In this document: positions 1-9,168 of the stretch, one piece after another
How the letters are laid out: the number at the start of each line of letters is the position of its first letter
Position numbering within the stretch: the first letter of the stretch is position 1
From: a virus
DNA: 64,000 bases
Virus record (IMG/VR): IMGVR_UViG_3300006735_000018
Span: 1-64,000 of that record
Reading direction: 5' to 3' (one strand)
Made by a program: the position numbers and the translations under genes
Notes under the pieces: generated by a model
Database searches by the model: none
The model's input: only the letters and a program-made list of their open reading frames with translations
Told to the model about the DNA's origin: nothing

Positions 1-77
1 AATATAGACCTATCTCTTTCGTGATACTTGTATAATTTAAGATGTAAGTCTGAATAATGTACTATAGTTTTTATCAT
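1..77 (-). CDS. SbcD/Mre11/T4 gp47-like metallophosphoesterase nuclease, N-terminus only (runs off window)
   Basis: Not in ORF track. Manual translation from ATG at 77 gives MIKTIVHYSDLHLKLYKYHERDRSI; xHxSDxH is metallophosphoesterase motif I. Confidence 0.7.
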   Translation of the reverse strand, partial: MIKTIVHYSDLHLKLYKYHERDRSI

Positions 78-112
78 GTTATAATTATAGTAAAATTACC
101 ACATCTTTCAAA

Positions 113-119
113 TATTTAT
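113..119 (+). promoter_or_regulatory. TATTTAT motif, putative phage promoter
   Basis: 4 nt upstream of ATG 124; same motif precedes many minus-strand genes. Confidence 0.5.
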
Positions 120-123
120 TAGT

Positions 124-2046
124 ATGAAGATTATTCTAAATGAAAAACAAATAAAATCATTGTCTTTGTTAGAAGAACAAAACAAACCAGTGATACCTCA
201 AGCTTGTAAAGCTTACTATAGTGATACTGAACCAACTTACTATGTAGACAACGCTCAAAATAGAAAATTAAATAGGGTTGGTAAAGAAAAGGGTGTTAAG
301 GTAATCATGTCTGATGAAATGCGTCCTGTTTTTGAGTTGTGTTATGAGTTAAACCGTAATCAACAAAGATATAAACAAAGTATTATGTTTCCTTTAGTTA
401 GTGCTATAGTAAACCATAAAAAAGATAAGTGGGTTGATGCTGTTGGTGAGAAGGAAATAAAGAGGGTTCACGATGTTTTAGATAAGTTACACGCTATAGA
501 CCCAAACAAACTATATAGATGGCCTGAACATTTAGATGATTTAACAGCAGGTAAAAGAGCTACATATAAAAATGGTACACCACTAGAATTTAAAGATAGA
601 CTAAAAGACCAAGCTTTTTTATATGATGTAGATGATAGTGATGTAAAACAATGGTTAAGTGTAAATAAACTCGATGGTAATTATGCTGATGCCTCCAAAT
701 TTATAACAGATATAATTTTACACTATTATGGTAGGGATACAGTTGCACAAATTATTGGGGAATTAAAATCTAATAATAAGTCCACTTTGTTGCGTGTTGT
801 TCAAGAGTTACAAACATATGAAGAAGGTGCTATATTTGATGCCTTTTTAAAAGACGATACTGAATATGATAAATGGGCAACATACTATAGTGAACAAGGT
901 GAACAAGTAGAAAATTTTGTTGCTGACGCATTAAGACAAAATGGGTATGAAATTATTCACCAAGGTGGGGGTGGTGACCCTATTGATGTATTATTAGGTA
1001 TTGATTTAATAGTCACTAAAGGTAGTAATATATACACATGTCAAGTTAAAAAGGTTGCTGCAATTGCTCATCAAGCAGAAACAACATTAAAGACTTGTGA
1101 AGAGGGTGGTGCGTATAGGATTGCTCCTGGTAGTCTTTCTTTAAGTATAAGACAAAAACAAAATTTAGATTGGGTTGGTTATGGTACTTTAGATGGGAAA
1201 GCAATTGTATCTGGAAGACAGCGTGAGGTTGAGGGAACATATCAAACTGGATTTTCTTGGGGTGATGGGAGTGATTTACCTGTCGGTAGAGGTTATTTCT
1301 TTATTGATGACCCTATAGCAACACTAAACATACCAAGGAAAGAATGTGAAAGTGAAGAAGAACCAGTTGTGGAATCCTCAATAAAAATTAAGATTACAGA
1401 ACATCAAGCTGAAAAATTAAAAGAAAAGGACATTGAGGAGAGAAGAATAAGAACAATGTTAAAAGATATGGTTGGACGAGCTCCTTGGTTGATTGAGGAG
1501 GGTTTTGAAGAGGAGTATTTTGGGCCTAAACAATCAGATGTATACGAAGGTTTTCCTAAATCGTATAGATGGGACAGAGAAGTAATGGAAGAAATTATAG
1601 AACCGGTATATAGATTATATGGGTATAGTGAAAATGAGAAACCATTTGTACTTGCTTTATTTAAACAAAATATGGCTAATAATCCAACTACAGAGGGAGA
1701 TGAGATGGGGTTTATGAAAGAGAATTTTGATGAGATAATAATACCTTCACCATTTCCATTTAAAACTAGTAATTTTAATTTAGGTGGTACTAGTAGACAG
1801 GGTGAATTGGATGGGTATTATAAAAAAGACATTGAGGAGGTTTTTGGTCCAGCTACATGGGACCAAGGTAGTGCCGATGATAAAGTACAGTTGGAGTGGG
1901 GAATTAAATTTCCTGATGGTACTCTAGCTACTATCTATGACTATAAACAATATGGCGTAGACCCTGATGATATTGATTACTGGAGTATTGGTGGTCATAG
2001 TGAATTAGCTGAATATTACGTCAAAAAAGCAATGGGTATAATCTAA
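124..2046 (+). CDS. Modular hypothetical protein with central restriction-endonuclease-like (PD-(D/E)XK) domain and small C-terminal phage domain
   Basis: 640-aa ORF; GEQVENFVADAL..GIDLIV..TCQVKK fits an E..D..QxK nuclease pattern; two copies of a KIx(I/L)(T/N)ExQ motif. Confidence 0.55.
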   Translation: MKIILNEKQIKSLSLLEEQNKPVIPQACKAYYSDTEPTYYVDNAQNRKLNRVGKEKGVKVIMSDEMRPVFELCYELNRNQQRYKQSIMFPLVSAIVNHKKDKWVDAVGEKEIKRVHDVLDKLHAIDPNKLYRWPEHLDDLTAGKRATYKNGTPLEFKDRLKDQAFLYDVDDSDVKQWLSVNKLDGNYADASKFITDIILHYYGRDTVAQIIGELKSNNKSTLLRVVQELQTYEEGAIFDAFLKDDTEYDKWATYYSEQGEQVENFVADALRQNGYEIIHQGGGGDPIDVLLGIDLIVTKGSNIYTCQVKKVAAIAHQAETTLKTCEEGGAYRIAPGSLSLSIRQKQNLDWVGYGTLDGKAIVSGRQREVEGTYQTGFSWGDGSDLPVGRGYFFIDDPIATLNIPRKECESEEEPVVESSIKIKITEHQAEKLKEKDIEERRIRTMLKDMVGRAPWLIEEGFEEEYFGPKQSDVYEGFPKSYRWDREVMEEIIEPVYRLYGYSENEKPFVLALFKQNMANNPTTEGDEMGFMKENFDEIIIPSPFPFKTSNFNLGGTSRQGELDGYYKKDIEEVFGPATWDQGSADDKVQLEWGIKFPDGTLATIYDYKQYGVDPDDIDYWSIGGHSELAEYYVKKAMGII

Positions 2047-2084
2047 CCCTTTTCCTTACCTACATTTTTACTTATACTTAAAAT

Positions 2085-2849
2085 ATGGAAATTACAAGAG
2101 AATTAGCAAAATTTAATAATATAAAATTTCACGATAAGGAACATAAGTACTATATGGACGACACAAAAATGTCTTCTGTTACTCAACTTATTGGGAAATA
2201 TAAACAACCTTTTGATAGTGATTATTGGTCTGAAAAAAAAGCTAATGAACGAGGTATATTAAAAGAAGAAATACTTAAAGAATGGAAATACAAAGCTGAT
2301 TTTTCAACACAAAAAGGGTCAGCGTTTCACGCCTTTGCTGAAAATTATTTATTTAATAAAGTATTTCCATTTCCCGAAGAAGAAATGACTGAAGTTTTAG
2401 GTAGTACAGAAAACATGTTAGAGTGTAGAGCGGCTGTAAAAAAGATTATAGAGTTGTTTAAGAAGTTTTATGATGATTCTTATGGTAAACTAATACCTGT
2501 TAGAGCCGAGGTTGTTGTTGGTGATAAAGAATTAGGTTTATGTGGTATGATTGACCAACTATTTTGGAATGAAAAGTCTGGTAAGTTAGAAATATGGGAT
2601 TGGAAAACCAACAAGAAGATAGATGATAAAAATAAATGGCAACAATTTAAAGACCCTATTGGTCATCTAGATGTTTGTGAACTTAATACCTATTCTCTCC
2701 AACTTTCAACTTACAAATATATTGTTGAGAAAAATACTAATCTTAAATTAGGTGATTCTTATATTGTTTGGGTTAATGAGAAAAATGACAATTATAAAGT
2801 TTTTAAGTGTCATGATTTTAGAGAGGAAATAATGAATATTCTAAAGTAG
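2085..2849 (+). CDS. PD-(D/E)XK (RecB/Cas4-like) exonuclease
   Basis: SVTQLI, GSAFHAFAE, CGMIDQL..WDWKT and YSLQLSTY motifs typical of phage RecB-family nucleases. Confidence 0.85.
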   Translation: MEITRELAKFNNIKFHDKEHKYYMDDTKMSSVTQLIGKYKQPFDSDYWSEKKANERGILKEEILKEWKYKADFSTQKGSAFHAFAENYLFNKVFPFPEEEMTEVLGSTENMLECRAAVKKIIELFKKFYDDSYGKLIPVRAEVVVGDKELGLCGMIDQLFWNEKSGKLEIWDWKTNKKIDDKNKWQQFKDPIGHLDVCELNTYSLQLSTYKYIVEKNTNLKLGDSYIVWVNEKNDNYKVFKCHDFREEIMNILK

Positions 2850-3752
2850 TGTAATTTCTTTCAGTCCATCCACCCCTTTTAATTCAGCAACATCTTTATC
2901 TTTAGGCATTTTTATAAGTCTTACTTTACCATTAAGTTTACCACCATCTAATTTTCTATATAATTTTTGAGCATCATCCCAAGCATCCCCATCCAAACAA
3001 ATAATAATTTTTGACTTACATTTATCATAAAGTGTTGACCATAATTTATCTGATACTGTTTTTCCTAATATAGGTATAGAGTTTTCTAAAAATAACATAT
3101 CAAAAACACCCTCCACTAAATAAACGTCTTTATCCCAATCTATTTTAGATTCGTTGAATATTATTTCTTCTTTAGGGAATTCTGGGTTCTTATATTTCAT
3201 TTTATGGTTTATATAAGAACGTGCTACAAAATAATTAATCTTATCGTTTTCATCAAAAGATGGTATTATGACCCTACCCCTATAAATACCTTGTGTTGTA
3301 TACCCTATTGAGTGTTTTAACATGGTATCGTAAGATATGTTTCTTTTTAGTAAGTAGTTTATAGCTTCTTTATATGGGATAGTTAGTTTATTACCTTTTT
3401 CAAAAGATATATAATCTTCTGGTAATTTAATTTTTTCGTATTTTTTAGATTTTACTTTAAATTCATCAGGACTTATTAAATCCCAAGTTTGTTTTTGTTT
3501 TTTATTACCCCATTTCCAAAATAATTTATTTATACGACCATGGGTGTTGTGAGTTTCTGAACAAGACCAACATTTGTAAACACCCTTTACATAGTTTACT
3601 TCTAAATTACCCTTACCATCACCACCATCTAAACCTTTCATATCAGAACAAACAGGGCAATCAAAAGATATTTGTCCTTTACTATAATAATGATTTTTTG
3701 GATTTCCTAATATATCGGTTAGTAATTCTACTATAAGTTCTGATTCTTCCAT
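2841..3752 (-). CDS. dnaG: DNA primase (Zn finger plus TOPRIM)
   Basis: CPVC..CWSC zinc finger, GRVIIP, KYKNP, LVEGVFD and CLDGDA TOPRIM motifs. Confidence 0.9.
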   Translation of the reverse strand: MEESELIVELLTDILGNPKNHYYSKGQISFDCPVCSDMKGLDGGDGKGNLEVNYVKGVYKCWSCSETHNTHGRINKLFWKWGNKKQKQTWDLISPDEFKVKSKKYEKIKLPEDYISFEKGNKLTIPYKEAINYLLKRNISYDTMLKHSIGYTTQGIYRGRVIIPSFDENDKINYFVARSYINHKMKYKNPEFPKEEIIFNESKIDWDKDVYLVEGVFDMLFLENSIPILGKTVSDKLWSTLYDKCKSKIIICLDGDAWDDAQKLYRKLDGGKLNGKVRLIKMPKDKDVAELKGVDGLKEITLL

Positions 3753-3787
3753 AATATAAATTTAATAAAGAATCTATAGGTTATCAA

Positions 3788-4390
3788 TTACCAGAGTTTA
3801 TTTTTTTGCATATGTCCTAACACACAAGTGTAAGCGTCAGTCATATCATAATTCTCTTTTTTAAGTGTGTTGTTTCTGGTATAACTCCAATCTATATGTG
3901 GTTGTTGGTCGGATACCTTTTGCCAAATAATTTGTTTTTTATCACAACCTTTTTCATACCCACCAAATAAAACCTTTTTACCTTTTTTATTTTCAACAAA
4001 TAATTCAGGAAAAGCAAATTTTCTAGAGTTGTATGTTGAAATTAGTTCTGGGATAACACCCAGTACATCATGAATTGTTTTCATAATAAAAGCATTATAC
4101 CTCATTAAAACTGATACTGTAAAAATATTATTAGAGTTTAGTAAAGGTTCTTCTATAACAACTTTAGTAATACCAACTCCTTTATATTTTTCAACTACCT
4201 CTCTAAAAGAATCTGATTTTAATAATAATTGTTCAGTTTTAGATTCTGGTAGTGGTTTTAACTTTGGTGAAAAATGTGTTAATTCTAACAGCTCTTTTGT
4301 TGAATAATCAAACAGTGCCCAACCTATTGTTTTAGTTGACACGTCCAACCCTAATACCTTTGGTGTGTTTTTTACTTTTGCCATAGACAA
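3788..4390 (-). CDS. RuvC-like Holliday junction resolvase
   Basis: VLGLDVSTKTIGWA (RNase H-fold strand 1), VVIEEP, C-terminal DMTDA acidic pair. Confidence 0.8.
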   Translation of the reverse strand: MSMAKVKNTPKVLGLDVSTKTIGWALFDYSTKELLELTHFSPKLKPLPESKTEQLLLKSDSFREVVEKYKGVGITKVVIEEPLLNSNNIFTVSVLMRYNAFIMKTIHDVLGVIPELISTYNSRKFAFPELFVENKKGKKVLFGGYEKGCDKKQIIWQKVSDQQPHIDWSYTRNNTLKKENYDMTDAYTCVLGHMQKNKLW

Positions 4391-4395
4391 AATAT

Positions 4396-5616
4396 CTAGT
4401 ATTTAAACTTCAAAGTAAAGGTTTGTGTGGTATTTGCTGCCTTTGCTATAGGCCTATCTGGTTTAGCTACACCTATTAAATTATCTTGACTATCATATAA
4501 CCCTACTTCTGTTATATAAGCACTGTAATTTTGTGTGCCACCGGTAAGACTATAAACACCTGGAACTGATGTCATGGCTCCACCAGCACCATTTTGTATT
4601 TCTGGTGAGGCTGTTACATTTTCTGTGGAGAAAAATTCACCATTATTAGCAACACAATCAACACTTAATAACCATTCTTTTTCAAATGTAAAAAATTCAC
4701 ATCTAGCTGAAGTAGAAGATGTAAACGTAACTTGTGTCATTCCAGTGTAAGAACCCTCCCCTTGTGAACCGTATGGGTAACCTGTCGCACCACTAGATGA
4801 ACCAGAATAGAAAAACCATTCCACAATAGTAGGGTCAGTTATAACTAAAAATCCTTTATCTAGATAAGCAATACCTACTGGTTTGTCCCCACTTTGTGTA
4901 ACATTAACAGGTGGTTTTCTAGTTGTAGCATTAATACCCATATTGTAGTAGTTTGTATTACCATTTTCATAACCAACTGGTGGGTCTGAAGGTTCAGTAC
5001 CACTATCGTATGCCCAAGTTGTTGGGAATCCATCAGCCCAAGTAGTACAGCAACTATTTGATGGTGTGGTGTAATCACCGTCATTGTTAGTTACACTATC
5101 TGTAAATAAAAAAGCTATATTAGTACTTGGTTTACCTACGTCAGCACTAGTAGGGTTTACAGAATGACCGAATCCCGCAGCGTAAGCGTGGTTATCTGAG
5201 GACCAATTAGCTTCACTAATATAACTACTGTAAATATCTATTGTACCACCTGAAGCACCATTGGCCGTAGCACCATTAGTATACCCTGTAGGAATTACTA
5301 AATGTATGGTTCTACCATCTATTAATTCACCATAAGTATCTTTAGCTATTTTAACTACAATAGCTTCACTTTGATTTAAACCACTAAAATAAGAATTATT
5401 AGGTATTCCAGGCCACGTGTTTCCACTATTACTAGTAACAGGTAACTTAAAAGAACTATATAAATTTGAGAATTGTCTTCCGTTATCTGGGTTTCTTTGT
5501 ATTGTTGTAAATGTTAGATTACTACCACTAACTGTAGTATATCCGTTACCACTAAATGGTACAACATTATTTTCTATTTTTTTTGAACTGCTTGGTATTG
5601 TTTTTAATATAGGCAT
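4396..5616 (-). CDS. Virion structural protein with C-terminal half of a tail-collar/fibre-attachment domain
   Basis: Ends ITEVGLYDSQDNLIGVAKPDRPIAK..FTLKFKY, like the IREIGLYD motif of P2 gpH-type fibre N-domains; G/S/T-rich. Confidence 0.65.
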   Translation of the reverse strand: MPILKTIPSSSKKIENNVVPFSGNGYTTVSGSNLTFTTIQRNPDNGRQFSNLYSSFKLPVTSNSGNTWPGIPNNSYFSGLNQSEAIVVKIAKDTYGELIDGRTIHLVIPTGYTNGATANGASGGTIDIYSSYISEANWSSDNHAYAAGFGHSVNPTSADVGKPSTNIAFLFTDSVTNNDGDYTTPSNSCCTTWADGFPTTWAYDSGTEPSDPPVGYENGNTNYYNMGINATTRKPPVNVTQSGDKPVGIAYLDKGFLVITDPTIVEWFFYSGSSSGATGYPYGSQGEGSYTGMTQVTFTSSTSARCEFFTFEKEWLLSVDCVANNGEFFSTENVTASPEIQNGAGGAMTSVPGVYSLTGGTQNYSAYITEVGLYDSQDNLIGVAKPDRPIAKAANTTQTFTLKFKY

Positions 5617-5618
5617 AA

Positions 5619-6026
5619 TTAACTGAATTTATCTACTTGTGGATTAATGCTAGGTACATATCTTAATGTGTCTCTACCTGCGAAAGTAAGACCCAATACA
5701 GTTCCTGGGTGGAACGTATTGTTTGCTGGTGTATCTAACTGGGTGGATTGAAATGCGTCTGGTGAATTTAAAATATCTTCTGTCAATACAAAAAATAATT
5801 TACTATGTTTCATTTTATTTGTTGATAGTGAGGTGTAATTAGAACTTTGTTTCCAACATTGTCTTTCACCCGCATAAGCTCCAACATTTTTTACCCCCGC
5901 CATTGTTTTATCGTCTTGGTATTTGTAAGGAGTTACATGTTCTAGACTAACTGGTGAATTAGTACTATGTGTTAATGGAGCTCCATTTACAAAGTTTTCA
6001 AACTGGTTATTACTATTTAAAGCCAT
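5619..6026 (-). CDS. Hypothetical protein, probably structural
   Basis: 135-aa ORF tightly packed in the structural operon; contains LGLTFAGRDTL, similar to the neighbours' LTxxGR motif. Confidence 0.55.
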   Translation of the reverse strand: MALNSNNQFENFVNGAPLTHSTNSPVSLEHVTPYKYQDDKTMAGVKNVGAYAGERQCWKQSSNYTSLSTNKMKHSKLFFVLTEDILNSPDAFQSTQLDTPANNTFHPGTVLGLTFAGRDTLRYVPSINPQVDKFS

Positions 6027-6038
6027 TTTAATTTTTTT

Positions 6039-8141
6039 TTATATAACTGTTCCTCCAGCTACAACTTTTCTAAATATCCTCTTACCTGTAGTAGCGTTAC
6101 CAGCTGTGGTAACGTCTGTTGGGTCTGAGGTATAAGCGTTTATGGTTTCTCCGTTTTCACCGTAAAACCTTGGTTTTCTATCACTATAAGCACTGGCTCC
6201 CACAGGTATAGTTCTATCGTAAACTCTCCAATATGGTACGTGTGGGTCTCCACTAGCAAAATCACTAAATCCTGAATAACCAATACTTTGTTTTGCAGCT
6301 CTTTTATTGTAAACTATAGTAACCTTACATGTAGCTGGTAAAGCTTTTGGGTTTTCTTCAGAATACAACTTAAACTCCATAGGTATTTTAACATTAAAGT
6401 CATCTATTTCTTCAGCACTTCCTTGTGTCCCTGTTCTTGCACTATATTGTGAAACATGAGTAGGGTAAGTGTTATTTCCGTTATTGTAATTATCAGCTAT
6501 CGCTTTGAAGAATTTATCACCTTCAATCATCATTCTTCCAAACCAATTATAATAGTGTTTACCATTTTTAACATCTTCAGCATTTATAGTGTATAGTTTT
6601 TCTACTGAAGGAACTGTATTACCTTCAACACCAATCATATTAGTACCAACAGTAACATTTGTATATTCTAGATTTGTACCCAATAATGAAAAAGTATCCA
6701 TTGTATGGTCAGTAAATGTGGATTGGTGATATTCAGGTATTGTTGGTAAGTTTGTTTTAATTAATTCTTTAATGTTGTCTGCTCTATTACCTTTTATTGG
6801 ATAATAGAAGTTTGAGTATTTTTTACTAGCACTACTATTAGAATTATCATAAGCTTGTTCATATAGATTTGAAACTTGGTTTATTTGTTCTTCTTCTTCA
6901 GTATTTGTATTAGGTGTTATTGGTGGTCTTGTTATAGCGTATTTTAAAGTAGGTAAAACTGTTTTAACAACACCATAAGTGTTTTTTGCCTGTAAATCTT
7001 GTTCATCATAACCTTTAACTGTTACTGGTGACCCTAAACCTGTAGGTACTTGAGCTGTTAGTTCAGGTGCATTTTCAAATTCAACCGGATGTACAAAACC
7101 TAAGAAATATTTAGTAGTGTCGTAATTATAATCAACACTATAATCTGGAAATGCAGATGGGTAATATTTGTATCCTGAATTAGTTCCCCAATTAACACCA
7201 CCACCTAAAACCAAATAACCAAATTCTGTAGTTGTAAATCCTATACCAGCTGGACCAGCACCTTGTTTAGTAGTTTTTTCACCACTAGAAAAAGCCACAG
7301 TAAATGGAGATGTGGAAACACCCACAGTATTACCTTTTAAAGTTTGTAAACCTGAATGTGTAGTTTTTTGTATAGTTTCGTAATTATTTCCTACACCTAT
7401 AGTACTACGTAATGATAATCTACCTGTTACCGCTGCCGCATTATTCATGTAGATTTGGTCTGATGAGGTTATAGAAATTTTTTCTTCAACTAAACCTAAA
7501 TTAGGATAATTAACATTAACACAATCCCAAAAATCAACAAATTGACCTCTATGTTTAGTATCTATCATTTCTAAAGCTGACTTAATATTTTGTTTACTCC
7601 AAGTTCCTGAAGATATGGAAGATGTACTTGAGAAAGAAGTTAGGAATGTATCATTAAATTGTGTATATGTAGAACTTCCACCACCACCTAAATTTTCATA
7701 TAACAATTTATGGTCTTCAGCGTAAATATGTGAAAGTAATTTACATAGAGCATAATAGTCATGCATATAAACCTCAACTTCTACATTTGAGTAGTAGGTT
7801 TTTTGACCTGTTAAATCTTTATCGATACCCACAACAACTTGAACATCTTCTTCTCCCCTATCTATAGGAGTAACTGTTTGGTGTAAGTATGATGAACATT
7901 TAAATCCGTCATTTATTCCACTTGCACAATCTACATGGTTACCACTAACATCAGGAATAAAACCAGCTTGTGAAACCGCTGTGTGTCCTGTATTAGTTGG
8001 TAGTCTATAGTCTATATCAGTATCTGATAGACTAAATTTTGATATTCTTGTTTTTAAATCCCCGCTTAATACGACGCCTCTACCGTAATTCGTTAGTTGT
8101 ACGTCTAAATAAACTGAAGATGCTGATGATACAAATCCCAT
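6039..8141 (-). CDS. Virion structural protein with N-terminal half of collar/fibre-attachment domain
   Basis: N-terminus LDVQLTNYGR..KFSLSDTDIDY is paralogous to the 8203 and 9168 genes. Confidence 0.6.
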   Translation of the reverse strand: MGFVSSASSVYLDVQLTNYGRGVVLSGDLKTRISKFSLSDTDIDYRLPTNTGHTAVSQAGFIPDVSGNHVDCASGINDGFKCSSYLHQTVTPIDRGEEDVQVVVGIDKDLTGQKTYYSNVEVEVYMHDYYALCKLLSHIYAEDHKLLYENLGGGGSSTYTQFNDTFLTSFSSTSSISSGTWSKQNIKSALEMIDTKHRGQFVDFWDCVNVNYPNLGLVEEKISITSSDQIYMNNAAAVTGRLSLRSTIGVGNNYETIQKTTHSGLQTLKGNTVGVSTSPFTVAFSSGEKTTKQGAGPAGIGFTTTEFGYLVLGGGVNWGTNSGYKYYPSAFPDYSVDYNYDTTKYFLGFVHPVEFENAPELTAQVPTGLGSPVTVKGYDEQDLQAKNTYGVVKTVLPTLKYAITRPPITPNTNTEEEEQINQVSNLYEQAYDNSNSSASKKYSNFYYPIKGNRADNIKELIKTNLPTIPEYHQSTFTDHTMDTFSLLGTNLEYTNVTVGTNMIGVEGNTVPSVEKLYTINAEDVKNGKHYYNWFGRMMIEGDKFFKAIADNYNNGNNTYPTHVSQYSARTGTQGSAEEIDDFNVKIPMEFKLYSEENPKALPATCKVTIVYNKRAAKQSIGYSGFSDFASGDPHVPYWRVYDRTIPVGASAYSDRKPRFYGENGETINAYTSDPTDVTTAGNATTGKRIFRKVVAGGTVI

Positions 8142-8202
8142 AAGTTATATTGTTCTTATTATATAATTATTATAATTATTAGTTTTCATTAGTAAATAAA
8201 CT

Positions 8203-9168
8203 TTAGTAACGACCAACTCGTAAAGTTGAGTTGGTATTATTACCATTTCTATTGTTTTGATTACTTGGTAAAACTATTTTATTTGTTAAATTTTTCATTA
8301 AATTTTCACACATTTTTTTATTTCTATCTGTTAAAGGGTAAACTTGTTTATTAGCTGGACATATAAAGGTCTGAGTTACTTTTGGTTTAGGTATGTAACC
8401 TTCACACTTACACCCTAAACTTAACATCATAGTTTTAAAATTTTCTTTATCGTAATTTGTCATCTCACCTCTTAAACCACCATTTGTTTCATTTATTCCT
8501 TTTTTATAACATGAAACTACCCAACAAAAATCATCACAATTTATTTCACCCTCACCTGTAAAATCACCAATTTTAAAATTATCATCTGTAAAGTGTCTAG
8601 GGTTTTTAACATAGTTAAACATCTGAACCACATCCGTATATGTTGGGTACCCTGGTTTTACACCACCCTTATCACTTATATCATCTCTATATATTCCAAA
8701 TTGTGAACACTTACACCCATATTCGTTTAAACCTAAATTTCTTATATCAACACCCTTTTCAAAACAACCTTTAGATTCTAAGTCTTTTTTTGTTGAGTAC
8801 CACAGGTTTCCAGTTTTAGGTGGGTTATATAAAATAGTAGTACCGTCTGTAGTAGGCCCATCCAAAACGGCTAAATCACATACTTCTACACCATATCTAC
8901 CCCTAATATCTGGGTAGTTATAAAAACAATCACCAGATAATGAAACCATGTTTGGATTAACTGATAGTGATTGGTCGTAACAAGGACCATAAGATTGTGT
9001 AGAACTATTACCTGTAAATCTTCTATAATCTACATCACCATCCCTTAGTCCAAACTTTACAATTTGTTCCATAAGTCCACCTCCAGCATTACCTAGTAAT
9101 ACAGATTTACCATAATCTGTAAGACTTACCTCTAAAGTATTAGTATTTGCTGTAGATATAAATCCCAT
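8203..9168 (-). CDS. Virion structural protein, Cys-containing, with dockerin/EF-hand-like loop
   Basis: LEVSLTDYGK..KFGLRDGDVDY N-terminus; GDFTGEGEINCDDF Ca-binding-like loop. Confidence 0.55.
   Translation of the reverse strand: MGFISTANTNTLEVSLTDYGKSVLLGNAGGGLMEQIVKFGLRDGDVDYRRFTGNSSTQSYGPCYDQSLSVNPNMVSLSGDCFYNYPDIRGRYGVEVCDLAVLDGPTTDGTTILYNPPKTGNLWYSTKKDLESKGCFEKGVDIRNLGLNEYGCKCSQFGIYRDDISDKGGVKPGYPTYTDVVQMFNYVKNPRHFTDDNFKIGDFTGEGEINCDDFCWVVSCYKKGINETNGGLRGEMTNYDKENFKTMMLSLGCKCEGYIPKPKVTQTFICPANKQVYPLTDRNKKMCENLMKNLTNKIVLPSNQNNRNGNNTNSTLRVGRY

Noticed and set aside
2085-2849. Cas4 / CRISPR system
   Set aside because: Lacks the four-Cys Fe-S cluster pattern; no other cas genes or repeat-spacer array seen. 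An ordinary phage exonuclease is more likely.
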